Assembly (NCBI RefSeq): GCF_009914755.1
Contig: NC_060945.1
Reading direction: 5' to 3' (one strand)
DNA: 64,000 nt
From: the human T2T-CHM13v2.0 reference genome, Homo sapiens
Positions 32,691 to 46,761 of the stretch are shown here, in pieces. Below the pieces are notes generated by a model. The model had not been told where the DNA came from and ran no database searches. It saw only the letters and a program-made list of their open reading frames with translations. Position numbers and translations under genes: made by a program. How positions within the stretch are numbered: the stretch's first letter is position 1; each line of letters starts with the position of its first letter.

Positions 32691-32977
32691 AGCCTCTCCC
32701 AGCACCTGCCTCTAAGGGCAGCTACTTTTTCAGTGATAGCTAAAAACTTCGTTTTTACCTGGAAGGGAGAGAGATTATGTCAGCTCTTTTGCTTTTTGTT
32801 AAGACTGCCAGCAGCGCCCCGATCTCAGGCCTGCCTGGAGTGTGAGGACAGTGCCTGTGCGGGCATCCACAGGCTGGAGAGCCAGCAGGGTCAATGCCTT
32901 CTCTTCCACGTGTGGCGTGAGCTGCTTGTCTCCAGGCTGTGGGGCTGTGTGTGTGTGTCTCTTAAAGCCACTTATCC

Positions 32978-33474
32978 TACCCAAAGGATTATAAATCATG
33001 CTGCTATAAAGACACATGCACACGTATGTTTATTGCAGCATTATTCACAATAGCAAAGACTTGGAACCAACCCAAATGTTCATCAATGATAGACTGGATT
33101 AAGCAAATGTGGCACATATACACCATGGAATACTATGCAGCCATAAAAAAGGATGAGTTCATGTCCTTTGTAGGGACATGGATGAAGCTGGAAACCATCA
33201 TTCTGAACAAACTATCACAAGGACAGAAAATCAAACACTGCATGTTCTCACTCATAGGTGGGAATTGAACAATGAGATCACTTGGACACAGGGTGGGGAA
33301 CATTACACACCAGGGCCTGTTGTGGGGTTGGGGGAGGGGGGAGGGATAGCATTAGGAGATATACCTAACGTAAATGACAAGTTAATGGGTGCAGCACACC
33401 AACATGGCACACGTATACATATGTAACAAACCTGCACATTGTGCACATGTACTCCGGAACTTAACTTAAAAAAA
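32978..33474 (+). mobile_element. 5'-truncated L1PA 3' end
   Basis: ORF2 C-terminus MFIAALFTIAKTWNQPKC...; G-rich 3'UTR; A tail; 14-bp TSD aaagccacttatcc. Confidence 0.96.
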
Positions 33475-34372
33475 AAAGCCACTTATCCACCTGGAGGGGG
33501 ATAGTTACTGAAAGCAGAGTGAGACGTGTGTGCACCCATGCCATCAGGCTCATGTAACCTGGATCTGAGGGATTCCGCCCAGAGCCTGTCTGGTCTGACC
33601 TGCCTCTCCCACAGAAGGACAGGAAATCTGTGGGGCCAACGGGGTGTCTCCACCTGGATCCCACACTCCTGCCCTGGGGAACCACATCCTGGGTCCCCGA
33701 AGCCTGGAACTTCCTGACAAACAATCTAGGAGAGCTTTCAAGCCCGTGTGGGCCCCCAAGGCAGATCTAGCTGCCAGCCTGTGGCCAAAGGGTGGCTGTT
33801 TCCAAAACGTGGCAGACAGGCCACCGCAATGATGCTTCACGGCCCTAGGGTCAGGTCGAGGAGTGACGGCAAGAATCCCCAGTGTCCTCCTGCAGATGAG
33901 GCTCTGCTGTCTCAGCCCCGTCTTCCCCGCAGTCCCCACACCCCTCACTGCATGGCTCATCTCATGCCCCAGGCTTATTCAGGCTTCGCGCTCCAGGCCC
34001 TGCATCCCACGGCTTCCTTCTGGGTTCAGTTTCCTTCTTGCTGGGCCATAACGTTCAGTGGTCACTCTGAACCGACACTGACCCCAGCTCCCGGCTGGAT
34101 GACAGTTCAGCTGGGCCCGTTCTCAGGGGCCCGCTCCCCTCCTGGGCCCGTGCTCAGGGGCCGGCTCCCCTCCTGGCGGGGAAGATGTCGCTCTTTCTCT
34201 GGCATCTGAGGCACTGCTGGCCCTTCCTGTCGCTCTGGTCCTTCCTCCTTGACGGCATTTACCTTTTCTCTCCAGTTACCTTCAAGCTCCTCTCCACTTT
34301 TGAGATTCTGTGTTTTAATCTTGCCAAAGCCTCAGGGTGCTGCTTTCCTCTTTTTCTGTCTTTAGTCATTTT

Positions 34373-34730
34373 CTGTTACAGGCTGAACGGTGTCCTCCCC
34401 CTCCCCAAATTCCTGTGTTGAAGTCCTAATCCCCAGACCTCAGAATGGGACTGTATCAGGAGATGGGTCATTGATTTAAAATGGGGATGTTAGGGTGAGC
34501 CTAACCCAGTGTGACTGATGCCCTTAGAGGAAGAAGGGATGAGGACACAGACACGCAAGAGGGATGGCCCTGTGAGGACACAGGGAGAAGATGCCATCTG
34601 CAAGCCCAGGGGAGAGGTCCCAGAGGAACTGGCCCCATGGCACCCTGACCTTGGACTTCCAGCCTCCGGGACAATGTGCCTCGTTTAAGCCGCCCCGTCT
34701 GTGGCACTTCTCATGGCAGCCCAAGTAGAC
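34373..34730 (+). mobile_element. MLT1A/B LTR
   Basis: aaattcctgtgttgaagtcctaatcccc...gccatctgcaagcc...cttggacttccagcctcc. Confidence 0.8.
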
Positions 34731-34807
34731 AAAAGCATTTCACATTCTGGAGAATTTTGAGTCACCATCTCCTTGAACCTCACCTTCTTCCCTCTCTCAT
34801 CACTGCC

Positions 34808-35710
<903 letters not shown>

Positions 35711-36184
35711 GCTGCCTCTGCTACATGGCTCATTCTGCTTTTCACATCTCGTCCTGACCCAGATCCTGAATATTTTAAGGCTTTTCTCTGCTGTTTTCTG
35801 GATAATTTTCTCATCTCTGCATTCTAGCTTGTTTGTTCTCATTTCTACGGTGTCTCATCTGGTTGTCGCCTTTCCTTTAAGTTCTGTGATTATGTTGTTC
35901 ATTTCTAAACCATTTGTTTATTCGTGTTGCCCTTGATTTTATTATTGTTTTGATTCTTTAGTGCATCTTTAGCTCTGGAGGACACAAAACTTACATTCCT
36001 CAACCTGTGATGCTTTCTCACGTGTTTCTCTCCCTCGCGGAGCTTGGACATCGTTAGAACAAGCCCGTCTTTCAGGTTGCAGGAGTTTCCTTCCAGGGAG
36101 ACATGTATTTGCTTCCTTCCAGGCACCAGAGACTTCAATCACATTAAACAAGTTTTCATTTTACTTTCTTCGCTGAGATTTCCA

Positions 36185-36583
36185 CACACCAAGAGTGAGT
36201 GGAAATTCAGATTTCATATTGTCCCATGTCACACAAGGGTGAGTGGAAATTCAGATTTCATGTTGTCCCATGTCACACAAGGGTGAGTAGAAATTCAGAT
36301 TTCATATTGTCCCATGTCACACAAGGGTGAGTGGAAATTCAGATTTCATATTGTCCCGTGTCACACAAGGGTGAGTGGAAATTCAGATTTCATATTGTCC
36401 CGTGTCACACAAGGGTGAGTGGAAATTCAGATTTCATATTGTCACGTGTCACACAAGAGTGAGTGGAAATTCAGATTTCATATTGTCCCGTGTCACACAA
36501 GGGTGAGTGGAAATTCAGATTTCATATTGTCACATGTCACACAAGGGTGAGTGGAAATTCAGATTTCACATTGTCACATGTCA
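36185..36583 (+). repeat. 44-bp VNTR x9
   Basis: Unit acacaagggtgagtggaaattcagatttcatattgtcccatgtc at 44-bp spacing from 36197 to 36549. Confidence 0.97.
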
Positions 36584-36744
36584 CATATTCATTTATCTCT
36601 TTGGGGAGCTTTTTTTTTTTCATTAATATCTCTAGGCAGAGGGAAAATGTCTTTGCTGATATCTTAGAGCAGAGGGTGAAACTTACCTAGTCTTTTTTTC
36701 ATGGATGAGATGGCCCTTCAGGGTCTTGACCTTGCCAGTATCCT

Positions 36745-36915
36745 TAGCTGGGTGCGGTGGTGCACACCTGTGGTCCCAGCTACTCAGGAGGCTGAGGTGG
36801 GAGGATCGCTTGTGCCCAGGAGGTCAAGGCTGCAGTGAGCCATGATTGTGCCACTGCACTCCAGCCCGGGCAGCAGAGCAAGACCCTGTCTCAAAAAAAT
36901 AAAGAAAGAAAAGAA
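36745..36915 (+). mobile_element. Alu right monomer (FRAM/AluJ)
   Basis: ttagctgggtgcggtggtgcacacc...A-rich tail. Confidence 0.85.
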
Positions 36916-37149
36916 ATGTCATGGATGAGGGCAGAGCCCTCGTGGCCTAATGACCATATAGGAGGCTGCTGTCCCTGCTGTGGCAGCCAGGGCCCTCTCT
37001 TTTACCCCATCTGAAATAAAACCCAACCCTCACCCCTCCAGGGCCTGTTTCTGATCCCTCTTCCCTGAGGGCTGCTTCCAGCATCAGCTCCCATGACAAC
37101 TGGGGCTGTGACATCTTGCTTAGTTTGGGCACTAATGAAGTTCTCTTTC

Positions 37150-39985
<2,836 letters not shown>

Positions 39986-40044
39986 TTCTTTCTTTTGAAC
40001 AAGGCTGGATAGCCAACACTTTATTATGGTGTTTGTATATTGTT

Positions 40045-40300
40045 AGCCTAGCTCCCTGAGCAAACAGAACCTGAGGCAAAAGTCTTGTGCCTGTATTTTT
40101 CTGGGGAGTGCAATCCCAGGAAACAGGAGTGGGAAGAGGGGACTGAGGCAAGAAAGGGAGGAAGGTGACTCTCAGGGAGGTCACTGTCCACTGCCGGCTG
40201 ACGTCTGGCTCCATGCTTCTCCTCAGGGACTGCGTGAAGCTCCTGCATCTCTGATCAGTGGAGCAGGGAGAGGAGTGGGACAGGGCGGACATGCCAGTTC
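40045..40300 (-). mobile_element. LTR16-like ERVL LTR fragment (putative 3' LTR)
   Basis: aaacagaacctgaggcaaaag...ggggagtgcaatcccaggaaacaggag resembles recalled LTR16 sequence. Confidence 0.5.
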
Positions 40301-40541
40301 CTGTTGCTGGCCTCATTTCACCTCAGACTCTGCGTGCAGGTGGCAGACAGCTTCCGATGCATCTCCCCCATCACAGGCAATAAGAGAGCCCTGAGAAACT
40401 AAGCAAGAGGCCTCCAGCGCTATCGGAGCTGGGTGTTGTTGGGTTTGTTGATACCTGATGGGTGGGCCCAGAAACAGCTCTCCAGGGACCCAGGAACTGG
40501 CCATGGCTGCAGGAGCAACAGCAGCCACCTAGCTGTGCACA

Positions 40542-40871
40542 CAGGAGCCGGGAGGGATGTTCGCAATGGCTGCTCAAGCCGGACAGCAAGGCGACCATGC
40601 CAGCCTCAGTGACCTGAACGGAACCCGAGACGTGCATGCAGGAGCCGGGAGGGACGTTCGCAATCGCTGCTCAAGCCCGACAGCAAGACGACCATGCCAG
40701 CCTCAGTGACCTGAACGGAACCCGAGACAGTCCACCCCGCAAGTCTCACCCAGGAACAGATGGCCCTGGAACTGATGACAGCCTACCCTGCGTGTCTCAC
40801 CTGGGAATGGATGGCCCTGGAACCGATGACAGCCCACCCCACGTGTCTCACCCGGGAATGGACAGCCCTGG
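40542..40871 (+). repeat. 97-bp tandem duplication followed by a 51-bp repeat x~2.8
   Basis: Copies at 40542 and 40639; 51-bp units at 40727, 40778 and 40829. Confidence 0.9.
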
Positions 40872-41224
40872 TTCCTGAGGGGTGGTGCAAGTGCAATTTC
40901 TCCAGGGGTTCTCTGGTTGTAATCTACTGAAAAGCCATTAAAAGGGCTGCCGCATCAGGCTATGGTCCCTGCTGACACCGCTAATCCTGGGGCCAAACCC
41001 CATACTATCCTCTCCTTGCCCTCCCCACATCCTAGACTGGCCTCCCTCAGCTGAGCCTTGGTCTGAACTGTTCGCCCCATGGCACCCAGGCCTCGGTCAT
41101 CCTGCATTGGATGGGCCATGGTTGCTGTGATTACAGCTGCCACTCAGTGCAGATCCCGAAGTGCCCCAGCAAGCTGTCAGCTGCAGGCATTCCCCTCGTT
41201 GGCCCCGTGGTACAGAAGCAAGCC

Positions 41225-41435
41225 TCGATCTCCACGGTGTTCAGAGCCTGCCCACTCCCCATCTCCATGTTGTTCAGAGTCTGGCCCCCCCACCCCTATC
41301 TCCACCGTTTTCGGAGCCTGGCCCCCACCATCTCCATGATGTTCGAAGCCTGGCCCCCTCATCCTGATCTCCACAGTGTTCTGAGCCTGGCACCCCCCCA
41401 ACCCCAGAGATCTCCATGGTGTTCAGAGCCTGGCC
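41225..41435 (+). repeat. Degenerate ~35-45-bp repeat (atctccatggtgttcagagcctggcccc) x~6
   Basis: Core motif directly visible about six times. Confidence 0.8.
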
Positions 41436-41972
41436 CTTTCACAGGTACGGTAAGTGCATGTGTGGCTTGCCCACTGGCACGAGGAGGCCAAAGTGGCCAA
41501 ATGGTGGTCATGGCTTCTAGTCTTGCAGCAACCTGTGTACGCTGGCAGGAGCCTCCCCTCAACCAGGGGGTCAAGGGTTCCAGTCCAAGAGAGCCTCAGA
41601 CTTCAGCCCCAGGAAGCACAGCCATGCAAGCCGTTCACCGTGTGTGCTGGGGAGGGGCCAAACTGGCTTCTGTCCCTGGGGTCCTCAGAGCTTTGTATGC
41701 AAGGTCCCAGGGACACGGGATCATTTCCTGACCATGGGCTCAGCACGGATCCTACGTCCTGGAGTGCAGTTCCTGGGCCAGACGGGCCCAGGCTTTCTTA
41801 GAGCTGCCGCCCATGCCGGGCCATTCGCAAGTCTCCCTTCACTGGTAGGCTGACTGCTTCTGGGTGATGGGTCTGTGGTAACGCCAGTGAATTCCATGGT
41901 CAAGTGCCCGTCATCAGACCTTCTTTACCTTGAAGAGGTCTCTGGGTGCAAGGCAGGTGCTTTGTGAAATAC

Positions 41973-42622
41973 TGTCATAAATGTTTAATGCAGCATAAGG
42001 AGCCACCTACGAACTTAGTGGCCTGAAACCCCAATGTGTTATCTCTCACTGTGCTGGGGGCCGGCAGGATCAGCCCGGTGTTCTGTTCTCATGTTGGTCC
42101 TTCACATGGGTGCAGTCAGATGGCGGCCGAGGCTGGAATCATCCGAAAGCTTCTTCACTGGGACGCGGTCAGATGGCGGCCGAGGCTGGAATCGTCCGAA
42201 AGCTTCTTCACTGGGACGCGGTCAGATGGCGGCCGAGGCTGGAATCGTCCGAAAGCTTCTTCACTGGGACGCGGTCAGATGGTGGCCGAGGCTGGAATCG
42301 TCTGAAAGCTTCTTCACTGGGACGCTGTATCTGCTGCAGGGATCTCTCCTTCTATGAAGCCCCTCCCTTTGTCCAGCTGGGGTTTCCTCACGGCATGGTA
42401 AGGCCAGCACAGTTGGATCTTATGTGCTGGCTGGCTTTTCCCAGAGTGAGCAATCCCAGAGGGAAGAATTTGAAGGTCGACCCCAGAAATGGCACAGCAT
42501 TGCTTCTACTATACTGTATTGGCCAAAGAACCCGCCCAGTTTCAAAGACAAGGAACACAGGTTTCACCTTTTGATGGGAGGGCTGTCAAAGAATTTGTGA
42601 GCGTCTTTAATCTTCTATGTCA
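41973..42622 (-). mobile_element. MLT1 (I/J-like) LTR inserted in ERVL pol
   Basis: aacttagtggcctgaaac...tgcagtcagatggcgg..ggctggaatcatc...caccttttgatgggagg..tcaaagaatttgtg. Confidence 0.7.
42113..42324 (+). repeat. 53-bp VNTR x4 inside MLT1
   Basis: cagatgg at 42117, 42170, 42223 and 42276. Confidence 0.95.
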
Positions 42623-44282
42623 GCAAGTCAGTGAGGTTCAAATTCTGAAAGCCACTGCCAGGGGAGCTGGAAGACACAGGGAGGGTGGGAAGACAGCCCC
42701 ACACCCCGAGTGCGGGTCAAGTTCTGTAAGGATGAGTTGCCCTCTCCTCCAAGGCGAGAGGAGTTTGAGGTCATTGGTTTGCCTCCACGAGGCAGGCTGG
42801 TCTCCCCCAAGAGCAGGGCCAGGTCAGAAACGGTGCTGGTCCGTGCTCTAGCAAGCCAGCCTTGATGAGGAGACCCATGCTGCTGGGCCCAGGCCAAGCT
42901 TTCAGCCTTTCTCTCTTGTGTGCTCTGTTCCTGGCTCAGTTGGCTGATGGCACAGGCTGGCTCGTGGCCACTGTCCGGCCATCCAGTCAGCCTGGTGGCC
43001 TATTGCGTCCTCTGCAGGAGATGCTTCCTGGAGTGTGTTAACGTAAGACACAAATGCCTCCATGTGTGGGGCCCTCTTTTGTAGGACCACCTGCCTGCCT
43101 CTTCCCTCACATTTATTATTTCCAATGTTCTGATCTTGCTCCTTTTGGGTTGCTTGCCTAGGAGCCTGTGAAGATACTTACCATGCGGTGTTTAGCATTT
43201 GTTCCACAGAACTGTGGCCTTGAGTGCTGTGTGCACAGCTCTGACCAGGAGGACTTCCTGCACCCAGAGGGGTCGTAGGGTGGCAGCATCCATGCCCAGC
43301 TGGAACCAACATATTGTGCTGCTGCATCTGTGTTTCTGGCTAGAAACGTGGCAGTGTTTCCGTCTTCCTCTATCAGTTACCACAGGGAACCCCCGCGAGA
43401 GTGTGGCTATAATCAGACGAAGAGTAACGGTGCATGGGGGCAGACAGCACAGACTCCGCAGCACCCGGAATGCACCTGTGTCCTCTGAACCGGCTCAGGC
43501 TGTTTCCCTTGTGCGCTGGGCTGTCCCTGCAGTCACCCACCTGTGGCTCGGTGCACTGATGATAGCCAGCTCACATGGCAGCTCTGCTCACACAGTCACT
43601 TGACCGTTGAGTTGCGTAGTCAGTCTCTGCTAACGCCAAGCATGCCCACAGTTGCTTTTGAAATGGAGGGTGGTTCTTTGGCACTGAAGGCACGGCCTTG
43701 CTTGATAACTCCAAGGGATGTTCTGTGACTGTCATATCAGTATTCACCAGAAACACTGCCATGCTGTTCTCTCCACAGGAACTTCCAGAACCATTGACTC
43801 TGCTGATCCCACAGAACAAGTGGCTCAACAGCTTGCACTGTGGCCTGGACCTGATGCGGAGCCTTCCCTTGCTCTGCGTCCCACTGGAAACAGGTACTTT
43901 CTGGCTCTGATACTAGGTGGGTTGGAACTCGTTCCAGTTGTGGCATACGCTATCTCTGAAATCTAGAGGCCCACCAAAGCCGGTGCCTCCTTCTTAAAGG
44001 AAGAAGATTCAAGGTGCAACAACTTGCCATTTACATAGAAGACATGTCCTGGCATGCCCTGAGTCACTAGATCCCCCAGGTCTTCACTCCTGGGTAGGTC
44101 CCTGAGTCTTCCTGGGGGTTGGCTCCCAGTGTCCCGTGCACAGGTATTTCCTAGGGCAGATAGGACACCCCCGTGTTCTGCTCACCAGGCCCAGTTAGGA
44201 TGCAGCAATGCAGCAGCCCCCAGCCTTCAAGGCCCTGTGGACTACACCCTCGGTAGTCCGAGAGCAGCGCGGGGCTGGGAGC

Positions 44283-46335
44283 CTGTGCTGCCGTTCCGGC
44301 CACGCCGGTGAAGCGCTTCCGGTCCCCGTGCTGGTGGGACTGAGGAGAGCGCCGTGCTGCCGTTCCGGCCACGCCGTGAAGCGCTTCCGATCTCCGTGCT
44401 GGTGGGACTGAGAAGAACGCCGTGCTGCCGTTCCGGCCACGCCGGTGAAGTGCTTCCGGTCCCCGTGCTGGTGGGACTGAGAAGAACGCCATGCTGCCGT
44501 TCTGGCCACGCCGTGAAGCGCTTCCGGTCTCCGTGCTGGTGGGACTGAGAAGAACGCCGTGCTGCCGTTCCGGCCACACCAGAGAAGTGCTTCCGGTCTC
44601 CGTGCTGGTGGGACTGAGGAGAACGCCGTGCTGCCGTTCCGGCCACGCCGTGAAGCGCTTCCGGTCTCCGTGCTGGTGGGACTGAGAAGAACGCCGTGCT
44701 GCCGTTCCGGCCACGCCGGTGAAGTGCTTCCGGTCCCCGTGCTGGTGGGACTGAGGAGAACGCCGTGCTGCCGTTCCGGCCACGCCGTGAAGCGCTTCCG
44801 GTCTCCGTGCTGGTGGGACTGAGAAGAACGCCATGCTGCCGTTCCGGCCACGCCGTGAAGCGCTTCCGGTCTCCGTGCTGGTGGGACTGAGGAGAACGCC
44901 GTGCTGCCGTTCCGGCCACGCCGTGAAGCGCTTCCGGTCTCCGTGCTGGTGGGACTGAGGAGAACGCCGTGCTGCCGTTCCGGCCACGCCGGTGAAGCGC
45001 TTCCGGTCCCCGTGCTGGTGGGACTGAGGAGAACGCCGTGCTGCCGTTCTGGCCACGCCGTGAAGCGCTTCCGGTCTCCGTGCTGGTGGGACTGAGAAGA
45101 ACGCCGTGCTGCCGTTCCGGCCACACCAGAGAAGTGCTTCCGGTCTCCGTGCTGGTGGGACTGAGGAGAACGCAGTGCTGCCGTTCCGGCCACGCCGTGA
45201 AGCGCTTCCGGTCTCCGTGCTGGTGGGACTGAGAAGAACGCCGTGCTGCCGTTCCGGCCACGCCGGTGAAGCGCTTCCGGTCTCCCTGCTGGTGGGACTG
45301 AGGAGAGCGCCGTGCTGCCGTTCCGGCCACGCCGTGAAGCGCTTCCGGTCTCCGTGCTGGTGGGACTGAGAAGAACGCCGTGCTGCCGTTCCGGCCACGC
45401 CGGTGAAGTGCTTCCGGTCCCCGTGCTGGTGGGACTGAGAAGAACGCCGTGCTGCCGTTCTGGCCACGCCGTGAAGCGCTTCCGGTCTCCGTGCTGGTGG
45501 GACTGAGAAGAACGCCGTGCTGCCGTTCCGGCCACACCAGAGAAGTGCTTCCGGTCTCCGTGCTGGTGGGACTGAGGAGAACGCCGTGCTGCCGTTCCGG
45601 CCACGCCGTGAAGCGCTTCCGGTCTCCGTGCTGGTGGGACTGAGAAGAACGCCGTGCTGCCGTTCCGGCCACGCCGGTGAAGTGCTTCCGGTCCCCGTGC
45701 TGGTGGGACTGAGGAGAACGCCGTGCTGCCGTTCCGGCCACGCCGTGAAGCGCTTCCGGTCTCCGTGCTGGTGGGACTGAGAAGAACGCCGTGCTGCCGT
45801 TCCGGCCACGCCGTGAAGCGCTTCCGGTCTCCGTGCTGGTGGGACTGAGAAGAACGCCGTGCTGCCGTTCCGGCCACGCCGTGAAGCGCTTCCGGTCTCC
45901 GTGCTGGTGGGACTGAGAAGAACGCCGTGCTGCCGTTCCGGCCACGCCGGTGAAGTGCTTCCGGTCCCCGTGCTGGTGGGACTGAGGAGAACGCCGTGCT
46001 GCCGTTCTGGCCACGCCGTGAAGCGCTTCCGGTCTCCGTGCTGGTGGGACTGAGAAGAACGCCGTGCTGCCGTTCCGGCCACACCAGAGAAGTGCTTCCG
46101 GTCTCCGTGCTGGTGGGACTGAGGAGAACGCCGTGCTGCCGTTCCGGCCACGCCGTGAAGCGCTTCCGGTCTCCGTGCTGGTGGGACTGAGAAGAACGCC
46201 GTGCTGCCGTTCCGGCCACGCCGGTGAAGCGCTTCCGGTCTCCCTGCTGGTGGGACTGAGGAGAACGCTGTGCTGCCGTTCCGGCCACACCAGAGAAGTG
46301 CTTCTGGTCCCCGTGCTGGTGGGGATTGAGGAGAA
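44283..46335 (+). repeat. 68/69-bp CpG-rich VNTR x30 derived from ERVL reverse transcriptase, with a 958-bp higher-order repeat
   Basis: Unit ccgtgctgccgttccggccacgccgtgaagcgcttccggtctccgtgctggtgggactgagaagaacg; 30 copies counted; ORF-track starts recur at +958. Confidence 0.97.
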
Positions 46336-46761
46336 CACGGGTACAGCTCCACAGCTACCTTTCCCGGGCCAGAGGCTGGGCGGATCTGCCCCAGGGAAGA
46401 CCCCACATCTGCTGCGGCGGCTGCAGTCCGGCTCCTTGAGGCTGGTTTCCTGTCCCCTCCTTCCCACTACGTCCCCTTCCCACCAAAGCAGTGACATCAG
46501 CTCCATCTAGTTTGAAAACAGAGGCTGGTTTGAGGGCTGGAGCCAATTAGTTATCACATTAAAATGTGTGCTATCCCTGGGGAACTTCTTGCAAGGTTTC
46601 ACTTCTTTTCTTTTTTCAAAGAATCGCACTCTTGTTGGCGGGGACCAGCAGAAGACGGAGACGTTTTTCCATAACCAGCTGCTGCTGTGGGAGCCGTGGG
46701 CTGGGAATGCAGCCGAGTCTCCTCTGGGGCATGTGGGTCTCCGAGGCTGGAGTTCTCAGAC

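Noticed and set aside
44151-46506. 697-754 aa ORFs as a conventional protein-coding gene
   Set aside because: They consist entirely of the VNTR, all three frames are open and cycle the same peptides, and there is no promoter or splice support. Kept only as a speculative finding.
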